64,000 bases of DNA from a virus (taxonomy: Duplodnaviria; Caudoviricetes): positions 96,001 to 160,000 of the IMG/VR virus record IMGVR_UViG_2061766007_000586; one strand, 5' to 3'. The position numbers were made by a program, and so were the translations under genes. Each line of letters starts with the position of its first letter. Positions within the stretch are counted from its first letter, which is position 1. A model generated the notes under the pieces. It was not told the origin of the DNA and ran no database searches. It saw only the letters and a program-made list of their open reading frames with translations. Shown piece after piece: positions 22,401 to 31,212 of the stretch.

Positions 22401-25400
22401 GCTCCATCTCTAACATACACCATACCTGTAGCAATAGTTGTGTCATATGCTGAACCACCAGCCATAATGTTAGCTACACGATCCTTGGTGAATTTAAGAC
22501 GTCTGATACTTCCTCCAGAATTAACTTGGACATACCCACCATCACCGATATTAGCGATATCTACACTTCCACCAGAATAGATTTCTAATCTTTTACTTAC
22601 TGGTAAATCATAATCGCTAACACCAGCTATCTGATCAGCTATTTGACCTTCATAGCCATAATAAACACCAGAAAGGTTACTAGTATAAGTAACTGAAGCA
22701 CCAGCATGTGAAAATACCAATGCGGTAAATGGTGTGTTTTCAACATTAAGAGCTGTTCCTCCGGAAGATACTTCAATATACCCACCTGAACTAAGTCTTA
22801 CGTTGTTAACATATCCATCTAATCCAACAAAGATTTCACCAGTACCATCTTGCGCTGAAACATTATTAGCAATAGCACCAGAATTGATAAGTAATTTCGC
22901 ACTAGATATTAATGATACATTATCAACTATTCCGCTAGAATAAACATCTAATTTATCATCAACAATGGTAGCATCACTGACTATAGTGTTAGAATGAACG
23001 GTGATACCATTCCAATATCCTGAACCTATTGATCCAGTTATTGTATTCGATGCTATTGCGTAAACAGCTCCTTCTTCAGGTCTGAATGATCCACCATTTT
23101 CTACAATGTTCAAAGCAGTACCACCAGAAGAAACAGTTAATTCGTTTCTATAATGTAAAGTTACACTATTTACAATACCAGAATTATAAACATATCCAGA
23201 ATTTCCTGTAATATCTATTAATGTTGTTCCAGAATGTACAGTATACTTATTTGTTGAAACACCAGATACATGATTAGGAGCAATAACAGATGTGGAAATA
23301 TTTTGGTTATCTAATAAACTAAAATATCCGCCATTTTCAGTAATGTTGTAGTAACTTCCATGATCACCAGTAAGAGATGCACCAGGATTAACAATCACAT
23401 TAGATACTGTACCATAATTAGATACTACCAGTGCAGCACCTGAATTTAAAGTAATATCAAACACATCGGCACGAGCATTTATAAGGAGAGATCCTTCATT
23501 TACCTCAATATTAGAAGCAATACCGTCACCGTAAACATACATTCTACCACCAGAAGTGATAGTTGTATCTACACATGATCCTCCACTACTTACGTCTACA
23601 AAAGCAGAATTACCATTGATAATACTACTTTCTAATACAGTACCTGAATGTAATGTAGCTGAATTCTTACCAGTGATTTCTAAATCAGTAATCGTGTTAG
23701 GTGCAAATGTAACAGTAGCATCACTTATATAAACATAACCACCATTTTCTGTAACTTTCGGTAATACAGCACCACTACTAACATTTAATCTACCGCCATA
23801 ATTAACAGTAATATCATCAGGGCTAGTACTATTTCCTGTAACGGTAATAACTTGACCATAAGCAATTATCATGGTATCTAAATCAGATAAAGAAATAGCA
23901 AAGTATTCTTCTTTACCTTTCACCTTTAACTGATTAAAATACTGATAAGCGCAATCTAATGGTTCTGCTGCTTGGAACATTGTACTATAAGTAGTTCCAC
24001 TTAAATTAATATTGGTTCCACTTGATACAAATGTAGCAGGATCTATAATAGTAATTTCACCGGCAGGTGTACCATCAGCATAAGCAACACCAAATTTAAG
24101 CTCAGTGGCTGCAATTCGATCATATTTAAATTTGATTAAATTTACATCAAGTTTGTAGTTATGACCAGCTATACCGATGTTATCACCGGTTAAAATACTA
24201 CTTACATTGTTTGCATAACTAAGTTCTTCAGTCAGACGAACATATCCAGATGCTGATGGAAATGCTGTTATACTTTCATCGAGATATCCACCAATTGATC
24301 CATCAGGGAATCTTGTCCAGATTGTATTCTTATTTGCGGCAAATTTCTTATAGCCTGTTAATGCACATAAGAACTCCTCTAATACGCCACCATGATAATC
24401 CAAATTAGCAAATTTCTTAATACCAACTCTAACTGTATAATTGTTAAACTTGGTACCTTTCTTCATCTGAAATCCCCATGATACCAAACGAATACCATCA
24501 GTATTCGTCATCGATTTGCAATACTTTTCTCTATCAGTATCATCAGGAGATGTATATTTCGCTTGGATCTTTAGAATTTCTGTACCGTTATGGTTAATAA
24601 CATAAAGCTCGTGTGAAACAGAACCACCAGTAAATGTACTAGTACCTTCTATTGATCCAGAAACATATTCCCACCAAAGCAGCCAAGTACCAGAAATACC
24701 TTGTCTAGGGAAGAACACATTCCACACGGTTTTACTATTACCTAATGGCCAAATAACGTTGCGATAATACGAAGTATCATTATTTGTTGTTGTACCATTA
24801 AAAGTAATAGTTCCATCAGCGTTATGCTTAATAGTAATACCACCTTGAGAATATGTCTTTTGACTTATTTTAACAAGATTAGCTACCATGTTATCGTCTT
24901 GTGCATAATAGCACATAGCAGTAACACTTGCACTAATTGAAGGAGTTTTAACAGACGTTGCTGTAAATGTACATTCACCATCTGAATGAATAGTGATATG
25001 TCCATTCTCATCTACTGTAGCGATTTCATCATTAGAACTTGACCAAGTTAATGCAGAAGCTGTAGGACTACCTATAATAGCAGCAGGTTCATACACAACT
25101 TTAATATCTTGCTGATTTACAATCTTACTATCTGCATATAACGTTAAGTTTTCTAAATCTAAATCATCAATGCTGATTTCTTCAAGATTAAACGCTACTC
25201 TAAATCTACCTTGCATCGTAGCGTTTATAATTGTAGCTAATCCTAAAAAGTCAACAACTTTTTCCGATATAAAAGAAGTACTAGCTATATCGTTACGGAA
25301 CTGATCCTCAGATGTTAAATTAATAGTTGTTGCTATTGTTCCATCGCTATAATACAGATTGAAATAAGCAGGAGCATTTTTAAATATTGTTGTTGTATTT

Positions 25401-26803
25401 TCAGGCTTTTCAACAATCTGAACAGTGAATCGATATGCTTTTCCTATTTCTGTAATACGATCACCTGTTACAATTGTAGCAGGACCAGAATTTGTACTTG
25501 TGTAAGAACGGCTATAACGATAAACAGCAGCAGCAGTATTAAGTCCAAAAATTGAAAATGACCCGTCGCATATTCTTGTGTGTGGACCATTTCCCATATA
25601 CTGAGCAAATGTATTAGGTGCAAGCATATAAGGTTCTAATAACCCAAAGTTATACACCTGACCATTAGTCGGATATTTTTTAATACCAATTCGAATTTGA
25701 TAATTGTTAAATACAGTTCCAGATGATGCAAAGATACGGATACCATAAATATTTTTAGTATCATTATGAATTAACTTAGCATGTGTATGCTGAGCAATCT
25801 GTAATGTATTATACAATTCAAGCTGATATTCGGATACTGTTATATTCGAAGAAGAAGGATGTTTAGAACAAAAATCAATATACACACGACCTGATGACAC
25901 AGTACATGAACCACCTAATTCTTCACACCATAAAAGAAGATTTCCTTCTATATCAGAACAATCAAAATAGGTTGGAACTTGAGCGTTATTGGCTAATGGT
26001 GATACAGTAAACTCAGCATTTTGAGTCATTGTTCCATTCAGTGTGAGAACACCTTGATTACTCATCTGAATGGTAACACCATAGGTTGTGTCTGTTGATG
26101 AATATGGTTTAGCAACAGCACAATTTTTCACAACATTAACATCAGGTTCTAATAAACAATAAGCTGTTATTGAACCACTATTCGTAGGATCAGAACCAGT
26201 AAATGTAAAACTACAGGCACCATCAGATACAACAGTAACAACGTCATTTGACATCGTAGCTACTGTAACATCCTGCGATGCCCAAGTTCCTGTTTGATCT
26301 TCTGCATATGCTTCTGTCGGTAAAATCACTTTAGCAGATTTTACGATACAAGGCATAGTGTAAATATCCATCGCAGGGGTTACAAAAAGATTCAGCATAG
26401 CTAATCTTTGAGTAATATAAGCAGAAGAAATTGCTACACTATAATCCGCTAATGGACTACCATCGGATTGATAAGTAACAACTTGTTCATCACCAACCAG
26501 ATTAGCTAAGACCTCAAGGTCTCCTGCAAACGGTTCATCATTTGAATCTAAAAAATTAGGAGCAAGTTCAGCAATAGCCTGGTCAAATTTAGTGCAAAAA
26601 TTTTTATCCATAGGAGCAAAAATAGTTGCATAAGCTGTACTAGGATCAATTGATAACGTAATACCTGCTTCTGTTTCTTTTTCGTTTAAACCTTCAACTA
26701 AGGTTTTAGCAGCAGTATCTTCTGTAAGAAGAATACCGCCACCTTCTAATAAAAGCTGCCAATTAGATGCTGATCTGTCAGCTCCAAGTAAAGCACCAGC
26801 CAT
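16409..26803 (-). CDS. Giant adhesin-like / receptor-binding virion protein (3464 aa): N-terminal Ig-like (Big_2) domains plus about 2400 aa of AIDA-type autotransporter passenger repeats
   Basis: TWSSSNDEIATVDENGHIT...G...TATS Big_2 motif; dozens of (V/I)SSGG.A..(I/V) and ENGGYV...TVHSGT repeats; no signal peptide or beta-barrel; RBS ggagg. Confidence 0.85.
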   Translation of the reverse strand: MAGALLGADRSASNWQLLLEGGGILLTEDTAAKTLVEGLNEKETEAGITLSIDPSTAYATIFAPMDKNFCTKFDQAIAELAPNFLDSNDEPFAGDLEVLANLVGDEQVVTYQSDGSPLADYSVAISSAYITQRLAMLNLFVTPAMDIYTMPCIVKSAKVILPTEAYAEDQTGTWASQDVTVATMSNDVVTVVSDGACSFTFTGSDPTNSGSITAYCLLEPDVNVVKNCAVAKPYSSTDTTYGVTIQMSNQGVLTLNGTMTQNAEFTVSPLANNAQVPTYFDCSDIEGNLLLWCEELGGSCTVSSGRVYIDFCSKHPSSSNITVSEYQLELYNTLQIAQHTHAKLIHNDTKNIYGIRIFASSGTVFNNYQIRIGIKKYPTNGQVYNFGLLEPYMLAPNTFAQYMGNGPHTRICDGSFSIFGLNTAAAVYRYSRSYTSTNSGPATIVTGDRITEIGKAYRFTVQIVEKPENTTTIFKNAPAYFNLYYSDGTIATTINLTSEDQFRNDIASTSFISEKVVDFLGLATIINATMQGRFRVAFNLEEISIDDLDLENLTLYADSKIVNQQDIKVVYEPAAIIGSPTASALTWSSSNDEIATVDENGHITIHSDGECTFTATSVKTPSISASVTAMCYYAQDDNMVANLVKISQKTYSQGGITIKHNADGTITFNGTTTNNDTSYYRNVIWPLGNSKTVWNVFFPRQGISGTWLLWWEYVSGSIEGTSTFTGGSVSHELYVINHNGTEILKIQAKYTSPDDTDREKYCKSMTNTDGIRLVSWGFQMKKGTKFNNYTVRVGIKKFANLDYHGGVLEEFLCALTGYKKFAANKNTIWTRFPDGSIGGYLDESITAFPSASGYVRLTEELSYANNVSSILTGDNIGIAGHNYKLDVNLIKFKYDRIAATELKFGVAYADGTPAGEITIIDPATFVSSGTNINLSGTTYSTMFQAAEPLDCAYQYFNQLKVKGKEEYFAISLSDLDTMIIAYGQVITVTGNSTSPDDITVNYGGRLNVSSGAVLPKVTENGGYVYISDATVTFAPNTITDLEITGKNSATLHSGTVLESSIINGNSAFVDVSSGGSCVDTTITSGGRMYVYGDGIASNIEVNEGSLLINARADVFDITLNSGAALVVSNYGTVSNVIVNPGASLTGDHGSYYNITENGGYFSLLDNQNISTSVIAPNHVSGVSTNKYTVHSGTTLIDITGNSGYVYNSGIVNSVTLHYRNELTVSSGGTALNIVENGGSFRPEEGAVYAIASNTITGSIGSGYWNGITVHSNTIVSDATIVDDKLDVYSSGIVDNVSLISSAKLLINSGAIANNVSAQDGTGEIFVGLDGYVNNVRLSSGGYIEVSSGGTALNVENTPFTALVFSHAGASVTYTSNLSGVYYGYEGQIADQIAGVSDYDLPVSKRLEIYSGGSVDIANIGDGGYVQVNSGGSIRRLKFTKDRVANIMAGGSAYDTTIATGMVYVRDGAVADSVTITKSSGYGLVVSSGGTLKGFVSVGSGASALVRSGAILDYNLVGLTPVNTTSTRYSNNGTIDIDDSPICTLHFTSANSQGSYRLAWPGSQFSQYPVTVYKDGVSACVLTLGNPVVCEDREITLEIDNTTSRLMFILDNYSIPISGTIINNGQTITVLPDERYTDTTINSGGSMYVSSMGRITSTVVNYGGSLTLGSNAHSHAKLIVENGGYVNTGFDNNNHAGNATFVPNAFSELTIESNYATVHSGTTATDIIVNNSGKLGVKYSGIASNVVVNPYGHLSVFIGGSAINVTENGGNVSAHESALVNYIPNTFSGLSVGNCTMHSGTTGIDIGGSNIDIRVHSGGVLSAGRINHGGILILSGGYGYDLNATNYGGAIISSGGSAVNVSATGTAANVRVYGYASNVALRTGYDWGVGILVLGGTITGSMVCTNQYKGFDVQSGGVINFDLTSLVPDNSRLLSPISMVSGTPIYTLTMPDEELSSGVYNLADGVTSEGFHDYIHLQDTSGVEFNHMAVGVDYASASARYALDVIDDTSLVFSKGEWDLIIDNNSKVSISDCSYGNVLVRLGDLSCFNGTTIDNLQVLYGGYVTGGNGNTTISNCTEHGGNIEPGVVSKVKHFTPNYISGLQMISGKNIQLHSGTTLFGITGVNSNYVRVFSGASVVNPVIQNFREFTVNPSGVIINPTVPQGNAFAIASGGTALHVSTAYLERVTITNGAYIEWINEEGNLIVVSSGVSNVDTDMTSAEYLVMQSGTLNATSGAILSNVSVFGANNVVNVLSNASASHIDLNKGTATISQGVVDLITLYSGVVNIADSATISKIGNSDYNNNGRVNISSGAIYDGGNSCVGKYNTVTVYSGGSFVNASGIALSIDGKSGCYISHVMPQVGRIRVTVAPNTYINAYYTYGWRTMENAYFSGHVLSNVGGGLDSVTILSGGSAEDITMTGGAITVSAGGILTYPIMSGGTLTVMSGGSAVDIDSQGGVVDSRAGATVLYLNYTYISSGGVAIVTEPTDSRYQVEGVLHVKENGVVSGNKVYGTLVVSSGGIASDTELIAGGLVISGGEATGVSAVCVSSPGVVYNYGINVRDGGILNDTTASGGSLYISSGGTMNSASLYSSANATIYSDGLANDIYLVGGNVYVLSGGIASNTVVSSGGYLCVSSGGTALNISRTPTEGRVVSQAGAYVTYATDILFTGVYYGSNGTLLSHTDSMTGKTLGSTVVMEVFDSGIATNTNISRGGSAYINSNGILSNTTLNVGGDIFISSGGVANSTTINSGGYFYVYSGGTATGINAKAGAALKLTIASDTCVAGTYAGSAIEFRNGSGSNFKLTQWDYLDVLEGCVVDNITVANLCSMSVKNGGIANNVTVSGGQVFLYISSGGTASNVNVSGDLHVNSGGVVYNTTVCTWSTGIHAGGIASTITVVNGGYLVVSEGAVANDIIENGGYVGIVSGATATFASHVFSGVLSSGSATIHSNTVASNLTISSGYLHVLSSGIADNVIVKAKGGIFISSGGIVTNIRENGGYVSADENANVTFASTLTSGLVLSSGVRMTVHELTTATDITLSAGNLYVYSNGICSNVMVNTGMLEVSSGGTAVNVDYPPTGTGMIISRTGAYITYTSQYSGVLYNSEDSQYIVDSLSNVSVAWSTIYIVCAMDNGVVENVSMTGGRLFARSGGVVSNASVSVSNDAAYLYGFAHGLFESVSMTNNITGYCCMTLYPLASASNVVVGECTRLIVSSGATATDIVEDGGYVEIATGASVTFASHVIDHTTSNLSIVTIHSNTTLSGANLTPTPGWTISCYVTGGTILDATLRIDYAVLTSGYLSNVTFSGAPYRLMLNGNVASNVAILGGNVYLNGGSFTSARIATWTMASDNVHMDHVKCEGYLQLVNGTINGLDIDSACTARITSSIVSNVNIYTGAMFCNPGCTIDSVTIHDHGELHISANASVTNIVVSSDGTLYVASDGSALNVTSNAGAIISADEGAVIEFNA

Positions 26804-26840
26804 TTTAACCTCCGGTGTTAGTTGTTAACGTTCTAAAATT

Positions 26841-26849
26841 CATATCATG
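26841..26849 (-). promoter_or_regulatory. Late-type promoter CATGATATG
   Basis: Recurring CAT-NN-TATG motif between the terminator and the gene start. Confidence 0.6.
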
Positions 26850-26867
26850 GCCGGCAAAAATGAAGAA

Positions 26868-26897
26868 ACACAGAGCCAGGATATCCTGGCTCTGTGT
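26868..26897 (-). terminator. Intrinsic terminator
   Basis: Perfect palindrome acacagagccaggatatcctggctctgtgt. Confidence 0.9.
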
Positions 26898-26903
26898 AAG
26901 CTT

Positions 26904-27131
26904 TTAAATTGCAGATAAAATGAATTGAATAATTTCAATTATCTTTAACCAAACAGTTTGCCACCATTTCGGCTTAACTTGCTCATCAGAAGTTTGTTCT
27001 TCAATCTGAGCACTACCTCCTTCTGAAGCATTAATGCTAATAGGAATAGTGTGATCCATTTCATTCCCATCATCATCTAATTCTACAGCATGAAGTTGAT
27101 TTTGATTTACAATTTCAATATCATCAGGCAT
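26904..27131 (-). CDS. Hypothetical protein, acidic with hydrophobic C-terminal helix (75 aa)
   Basis: Starts 2 nt after the upstream stop; C-terminus WWQTVWLKIIEIIQFILSAI. Confidence 0.7.
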   Translation of the reverse strand: MPDDIEIVNQNQLHAVELDDDGNEMDHTIPISINASEGGSAQIEEQTSDEQVKPKWWQTVWLKIIEIIQFILSAI

Positions 27132-27133
27132 GA

Positions 27134-28936
27134 TTAATATCCTTCAGGGTCATAGGAATCATCAGGAAGGTCTACAAACTGCAGACCATCGATACCATCG
27201 ATACTCTTGATGGTTCCATCTTCTTCATCATAGTAGAACATATCGTCTACATGATTACATCCAGGCCTATTATCCTTAGGTGGAAGAGGCGGATGATCAC
27301 AAGGAATAGGTGTTTTTCCAGGACCGTACATAGGAATCCTCTTAGGTGGTATTCTTGCTAAGTCTTTATGATAACGTCTATAATCTTCTTCTAAGAAGAA
27401 TCTAGAGTCTTTACGGAATAGCATCGGATAACTATTAGGATCTGAACTGCATCCACCACAAGGTGGAATGAAGATTGTATTGCATCTCTTATCGAAAGAG
27501 CAGCTATGATGTTGATGACCAGGACATCTTGGCATGTTCTTCAGATGAGGAGGATTACAATTGAAAATACAATCGCTACAATCACAGATACAGGTCGAAG
27601 GTTGTTCTTCTTCCTCTTTAGGATCTTTGTAGATAATATTTCCATTACCAGATTGTAATGCTGCAAGTAATTTCTTTAATAAGAAAATTACAATCGGGAT
27701 AAAGTAGAACGCAGCAATACGTCTAACAGTTAAGAGTTGCTTCGATAAAGTTAATAGAGCAGATGGAAAGACTTTTCGTTGATCAAAGTAAAGGCGAACT
27801 TGCATTGGAACTGTTACTTCATCTTTATCCCATTCTTTTGGAATTGTGAATGGTGGATAATTATAAGTAGCAATCAAGCAATTATCAATTTGAATGAAGC
27901 ATCGATTAGACAATGCATTCACTGTTGTTGTTCTATAATTGATTGCTTTATTTAACTTCACTGCTCGTTTGATTACAATCTCAGGTGGAGTATAATCAGG
28001 ATCCAGCAGAGCACTCCAGAAACACTCATTCCAGTGTAATGGATTAGGAACGAGTTGCTGTGGATAAATAGGTAAATCTTTACAATCAAATAGTTTTAAG
28101 CAAAATTCAACAAGATAAGGATCATACAAACATGCATCTTCAATGAATGAACGATAGATCTGTTGTTCCAGGAAGTCAGCAATATAGCGATGTGTTAAAA
28201 CATCAATTGCTTTCTTAGTTTGATTTGCTAAAGTTTCTTCATCAGAATTTAATAGAGTACCTTGACCATTCAAGAAAGTCTGTAAATCAAAGTACGCTTC
28301 ATCAACAACACACGCATTGAGTTTAGTTAATATTTCGTCAGTCACCCAAGTAAGTAAGATAAACTTAATGGAATGACTCGTTGTATTAGAAAGAGATAAT
28401 CTCTGAGGGGGTTCAGTAATCTTAAATAATCCAAGTTTGTTCGCATTGGTTTGATAAATAAACATATCACCCTGATACGGACAGAAATATGGATAAAGAA
28501 GAGCTTCACCATTAACCTGAGATTGTGTACCTTCTAAATTATAATTAAATGCAACGGCTTCTTTCAGCTTCATCTGGAAATTATTAATCTTTAAGAAATT
28601 CTGATGAATAGAATCCAGAGTTTCAGAGAAAGTATTATAAGTTGATCTTCCATAAGTATCAGAAGTCAGTTGGTGATAGAACGTAACAGTAATCACACTA
28701 CCTTCAGCATATGCAGCAAGCAAAGCATTCTTTTTATCTTCAGTACTTACTGTACCTAAATCTGAAACAGATCTAGCCACATACTGTTCTGCATTCACTG
28801 CATTCGTTGGTTCTGTATTAACTGGAACTGTACTATACTGGACTTGCTTCGGATCGATAGGCGGAACATCAAAGCATCGTTTTGCCGTGTTGCGTACTGG
28901 GGGTGGTAACGACCCCCTGCTTTTGGCCATTGGCAT
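27134..28936 (-). CDS. phiKZ-like virion structural protein (possible neck / head-tail component) with Cys/His-rich tail, 600 aa
   Basis: VTFYHQ...FLKINNFQMKL...GEALLYP...P.QGDMFI...GLF.I pattern recalled from conserved phiKZ-like virion proteins; RBS aaggag. Confidence 0.65.
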   Translation of the reverse strand: MPMAKSRGSLPPPVRNTAKRCFDVPPIDPKQVQYSTVPVNTEPTNAVNAEQYVARSVSDLGTVSTEDKKNALLAAYAEGSVITVTFYHQLTSDTYGRSTYNTFSETLDSIHQNFLKINNFQMKLKEAVAFNYNLEGTQSQVNGEALLYPYFCPYQGDMFIYQTNANKLGLFKITEPPQRLSLSNTTSHSIKFILLTWVTDEILTKLNACVVDEAYFDLQTFLNGQGTLLNSDEETLANQTKKAIDVLTHRYIADFLEQQIYRSFIEDACLYDPYLVEFCLKLFDCKDLPIYPQQLVPNPLHWNECFWSALLDPDYTPPEIVIKRAVKLNKAINYRTTTVNALSNRCFIQIDNCLIATYNYPPFTIPKEWDKDEVTVPMQVRLYFDQRKVFPSALLTLSKQLLTVRRIAAFYFIPIVIFLLKKLLAALQSGNGNIIYKDPKEEEEQPSTCICDCSDCIFNCNPPHLKNMPRCPGHQHHSCSFDKRCNTIFIPPCGGCSSDPNSYPMLFRKDSRFFLEEDYRRYHKDLARIPPKRIPMYGPGKTPIPCDHPPLPPKDNRPGCNHVDDMFYYDEEDGTIKSIDGIDGLQFVDLPDDSYDPEGY

Positions 28937-30707
28937 CTTTTGTTACTCCTTCGCGTTCAGCAATAATTAAAAAGTCAAGGAAGAAAAAGAAAGGATGAGA
29001 ATATACTTCAATATGATTTGGATTGTCTGGATCATAACCCTGTCTCCATGCTGCTGATTGGTCAACTTTTCTAGGCGGTGTATAACCAATTACCAAGCGA
29101 TAGATATGATTACTTCCCAAACGATTTGGGATCTTTAAAGTAGTACCATCAAATTCTAACAATTCAGGATTTACTTGTCTATCATCTTGGAACACAGAAA
29201 TATGATAAACAGACTCAGTGAATAAAGCCGTTTCTTTTCTATCTTTAAAATAGTTTAATAAACGAGGCTTTAACCGATACATATCTAAATCTTTGGTAAT
29301 ATCAATATTTGTTGTAGCATGCTTCCAGCAATAACAAGGACATGGTTCTTCATACGGATTAGGTTCCGGTCTCTGACGAGGATTTAAAATGTCATATTGA
29401 GCTTTATGATACGGACATTCATGACAATTCGGTAATCTAGAAAGATCTGCATACGGGTCAGCATACGGATCCTCATAAGGGTCTTGATAAGGATCAGCAT
29501 ACGGATCTGCGTAAGGATCTACTTCGTCATATGGATCTGAATGATGATGACAATTACAAGAACAATCAGCGTTACATCTACAATTAGGTCCACAGGTCTT
29601 AGTATGTCCAGCATATTTACTCTCCGAGTCACATGGACAATCTTTACAATCAACCTCGTCTAATGTAAGAGCACCAATAAAAATTGGAATACTACCAAAC
29701 GCTTTATACTGACTGTAATAAATACTCGGTAACCAATCGTCATACCAAGGATTACGTACAGGTTGATATGTTAAGAATTTTTGATATTGATAAACAGGAT
29801 CTAAGAATCGATTTGGATTCTCTAAGAATTCATAAAGACCTTTTTGATAAGAAGTATCAACATTAACAATATCACCAGGAACTAGTGTATTATTAATAAT
29901 GATAGGATAATCAACATAGATTACAGATGGTCTAGAACTGTGTAATGTGACAGTGAAACGTAATGTATGAGCTTCAGCATTATCCATACCAGTTTTGTCT
30001 GGCTCGCCAAAATCATATTCAATCTTACATAACGTTTCAAATACTCTACGATCGATTACCCATTCATATCGTTTATTTTTTGCAGCAGTAGAAACAAGCG
30101 TTTTAATTTGATGATTAGAATATTCTTCCAACCAATGCTTAAAGCACTCTTTTTCGACACCGACTGTTGAAGCCAGTGCCCATAAAGTCTGCATAATCTG
30201 ATACGGTATTGGATAATTATAAGACAAATTTGGTAATGAGATAAGTTCACCACGATTGAATCGTAAAAGAAAACGATCAGCAATATCGTGAGCACGAATG
30301 TAATCTCTAAAGTGTAACTCACAGTTTAACGTAATGTTAAACGGAATTAAACTATCATACATTGTGATATTGTGTTGAGCTACACGTAAGATAGGATAAC
30401 GAGTTCTCCAATCCCTACGATGTCGAACTGCATCCATATGCATCCCAATATCCGTCGTGTCATATGTTAACCCTGTAGCAGGATGTTTCATATCGTACGT
30501 ACAGACAAACTTATCTTCGACTAGAATAGCATTCTTATTTTGATCAGAAGACTTAGAAGGATTATAGATATTAGAATTGATATAGATTCTGTTATCTAGC
30601 ATCTCTAAGATTCCTAATTCTTGTAAGATGTGTCTAGCTACTTCATTTGCCATTACCATATAGACATGATAAGCTGATTCGCTTACTGCAGTAGCAGTTG
30701 TTAGCAT
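28869..30707 (-). CDS. phiKZ-like virion structural protein with Cys-rich and DPYx-repeat insertion, 612 aa
   Basis: Long ORF with RBS aaggag and a late promoter; YPIIINN..VP and PWYDDW motifs; overlaps the next structural gene. Confidence 0.6.
   Translation of the reverse strand: MLTTATAVSESAYHVYMVMANEVARHILQELGILEMLDNRIYINSNIYNPSKSSDQNKNAILVEDKFVCTYDMKHPATGLTYDTTDIGMHMDAVRHRRDWRTRYPILRVAQHNITMYDSLIPFNITLNCELHFRDYIRAHDIADRFLLRFNRGELISLPNLSYNYPIPYQIMQTLWALASTVGVEKECFKHWLEEYSNHQIKTLVSTAAKNKRYEWVIDRRVFETLCKIEYDFGEPDKTGMDNAEAHTLRFTVTLHSSRPSVIYVDYPIIINNTLVPGDIVNVDTSYQKGLYEFLENPNRFLDPVYQYQKFLTYQPVRNPWYDDWLPSIYYSQYKAFGSIPIFIGALTLDEVDCKDCPCDSESKYAGHTKTCGPNCRCNADCSCNCHHHSDPYDEVDPYADPYADPYQDPYEDPYADPYADLSRLPNCHECPYHKAQYDILNPRQRPEPNPYEEPCPCYCWKHATTNIDITKDLDMYRLKPRLLNYFKDRKETALFTESVYHISVFQDDRQVNPELLEFDGTTLKIPNRLGSNHIYRLVIGYTPPRKVDQSAAWRQGYDPDNPNHIEVYSHPFFFFLDFLIIAEREGVTKDANGQKQGVVTTPSTQHGKTML
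29445..29537 (-). repeat. 12-bp tandem repeat encoding (DPYx)n
   Basis: Translation DPYDEVDPYADPYADPYQDPYEDPYADPYAD. Confidence 0.9.
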
Positions 30708-30743
30708 AGAGCTCTCCTTCTATATATTAAAGTAATATTGGCG

Positions 30744-30752
30744 CATAGGATG
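30744..30752 (-). promoter_or_regulatory. Late-type promoter CATCCTATG
   Basis: Recurring CAT-NN-TATG motif. Confidence 0.6.
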
Positions 30753-30765
30753 TTTCCAAAAAAGA

Positions 30766-30792
30766 AACACAAGGCTCTTAGAGCCTTGTGTT
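30766..30792 (-). terminator. Intrinsic terminator
   Basis: Stem aacacaaggctc/gagccttgtgtt plus U-tract. Confidence 0.9.
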
Positions 30793-30820
30793 ATTTAAAT
30801 TTCGTATATGATGAATCTTC

Positions 30821-31147
30821 TCAATGCTTAAGATAGGTAATAAATGTAATATAAAGAATGATAAGAAGTCCCCAATGAAGAAGAATATATTTTTTTACTT
30901 TCTCTACATCTAGTCTTCCTTTCGAACAATCCTTCGTCACATTGATTCTTGCGGCTTCCATTTTTTCATCCCACGTTTTGCATTTCTTAACTTTAGCTTT
31001 GAACTCTTCAATTTCCTCTTCGTCTTTATCTTGTTCAGCTCTATTAAAAAGAACAACAGCATACCCGAACAGAGTATACAAAATGAAATCAATCACAATG
31101 CCTCTGATAGTTTTTCCGATTTTCTGTGAAAACGATTTAGTTTCCAT
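30821..31147 (-). CDS. Small membrane protein with two hydrophobic helices (108 aa)
   Basis: RBS aaggag; segments GIVIDFILYTLFGYAVVLF and YILLHWGLLIILYITFITYL; early promoter upstream. Confidence 0.75.
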   Translation of the reverse strand: METKSFSQKIGKTIRGIVIDFILYTLFGYAVVLFNRAEQDKDEEEIEEFKAKVKKCKTWDEKMEAARINVTKDCSKGRLDVEKVKKYILLHWGLLIILYITFITYLKH

Positions 31148-31181
31148 ATTAATCTCCTTTATTAATTATGGATTATTTATT

Positions 31182-31193
31182 TAGTAATATATA
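31182..31193 (-). promoter_or_regulatory. Early-type promoter TATATATTACTA
   Basis: Exact 12-mer also found upstream of gyrB (44893) and the DNA polymerase (53947); contains the phiKZ early consensus TATATTAC. Confidence 0.75.
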
Positions 31194-31212
31194 CCTAAAC
31201 AAAGAAAGAAAA

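Noticed and set aside
329-22943. Many short antisense and alternate-frame ORFs within the fibre genes
   Set aside because: Shadow ORFs caused by the codon bias of the repetitive giant genes.
3812-26803. CRISPR array or diversity-generating retroelement behind the repeats
   Set aside because: The repeats are protein-level with degenerate codons; no constant-repeat/spacer array, reverse transcriptase or TR/VR pair was seen.
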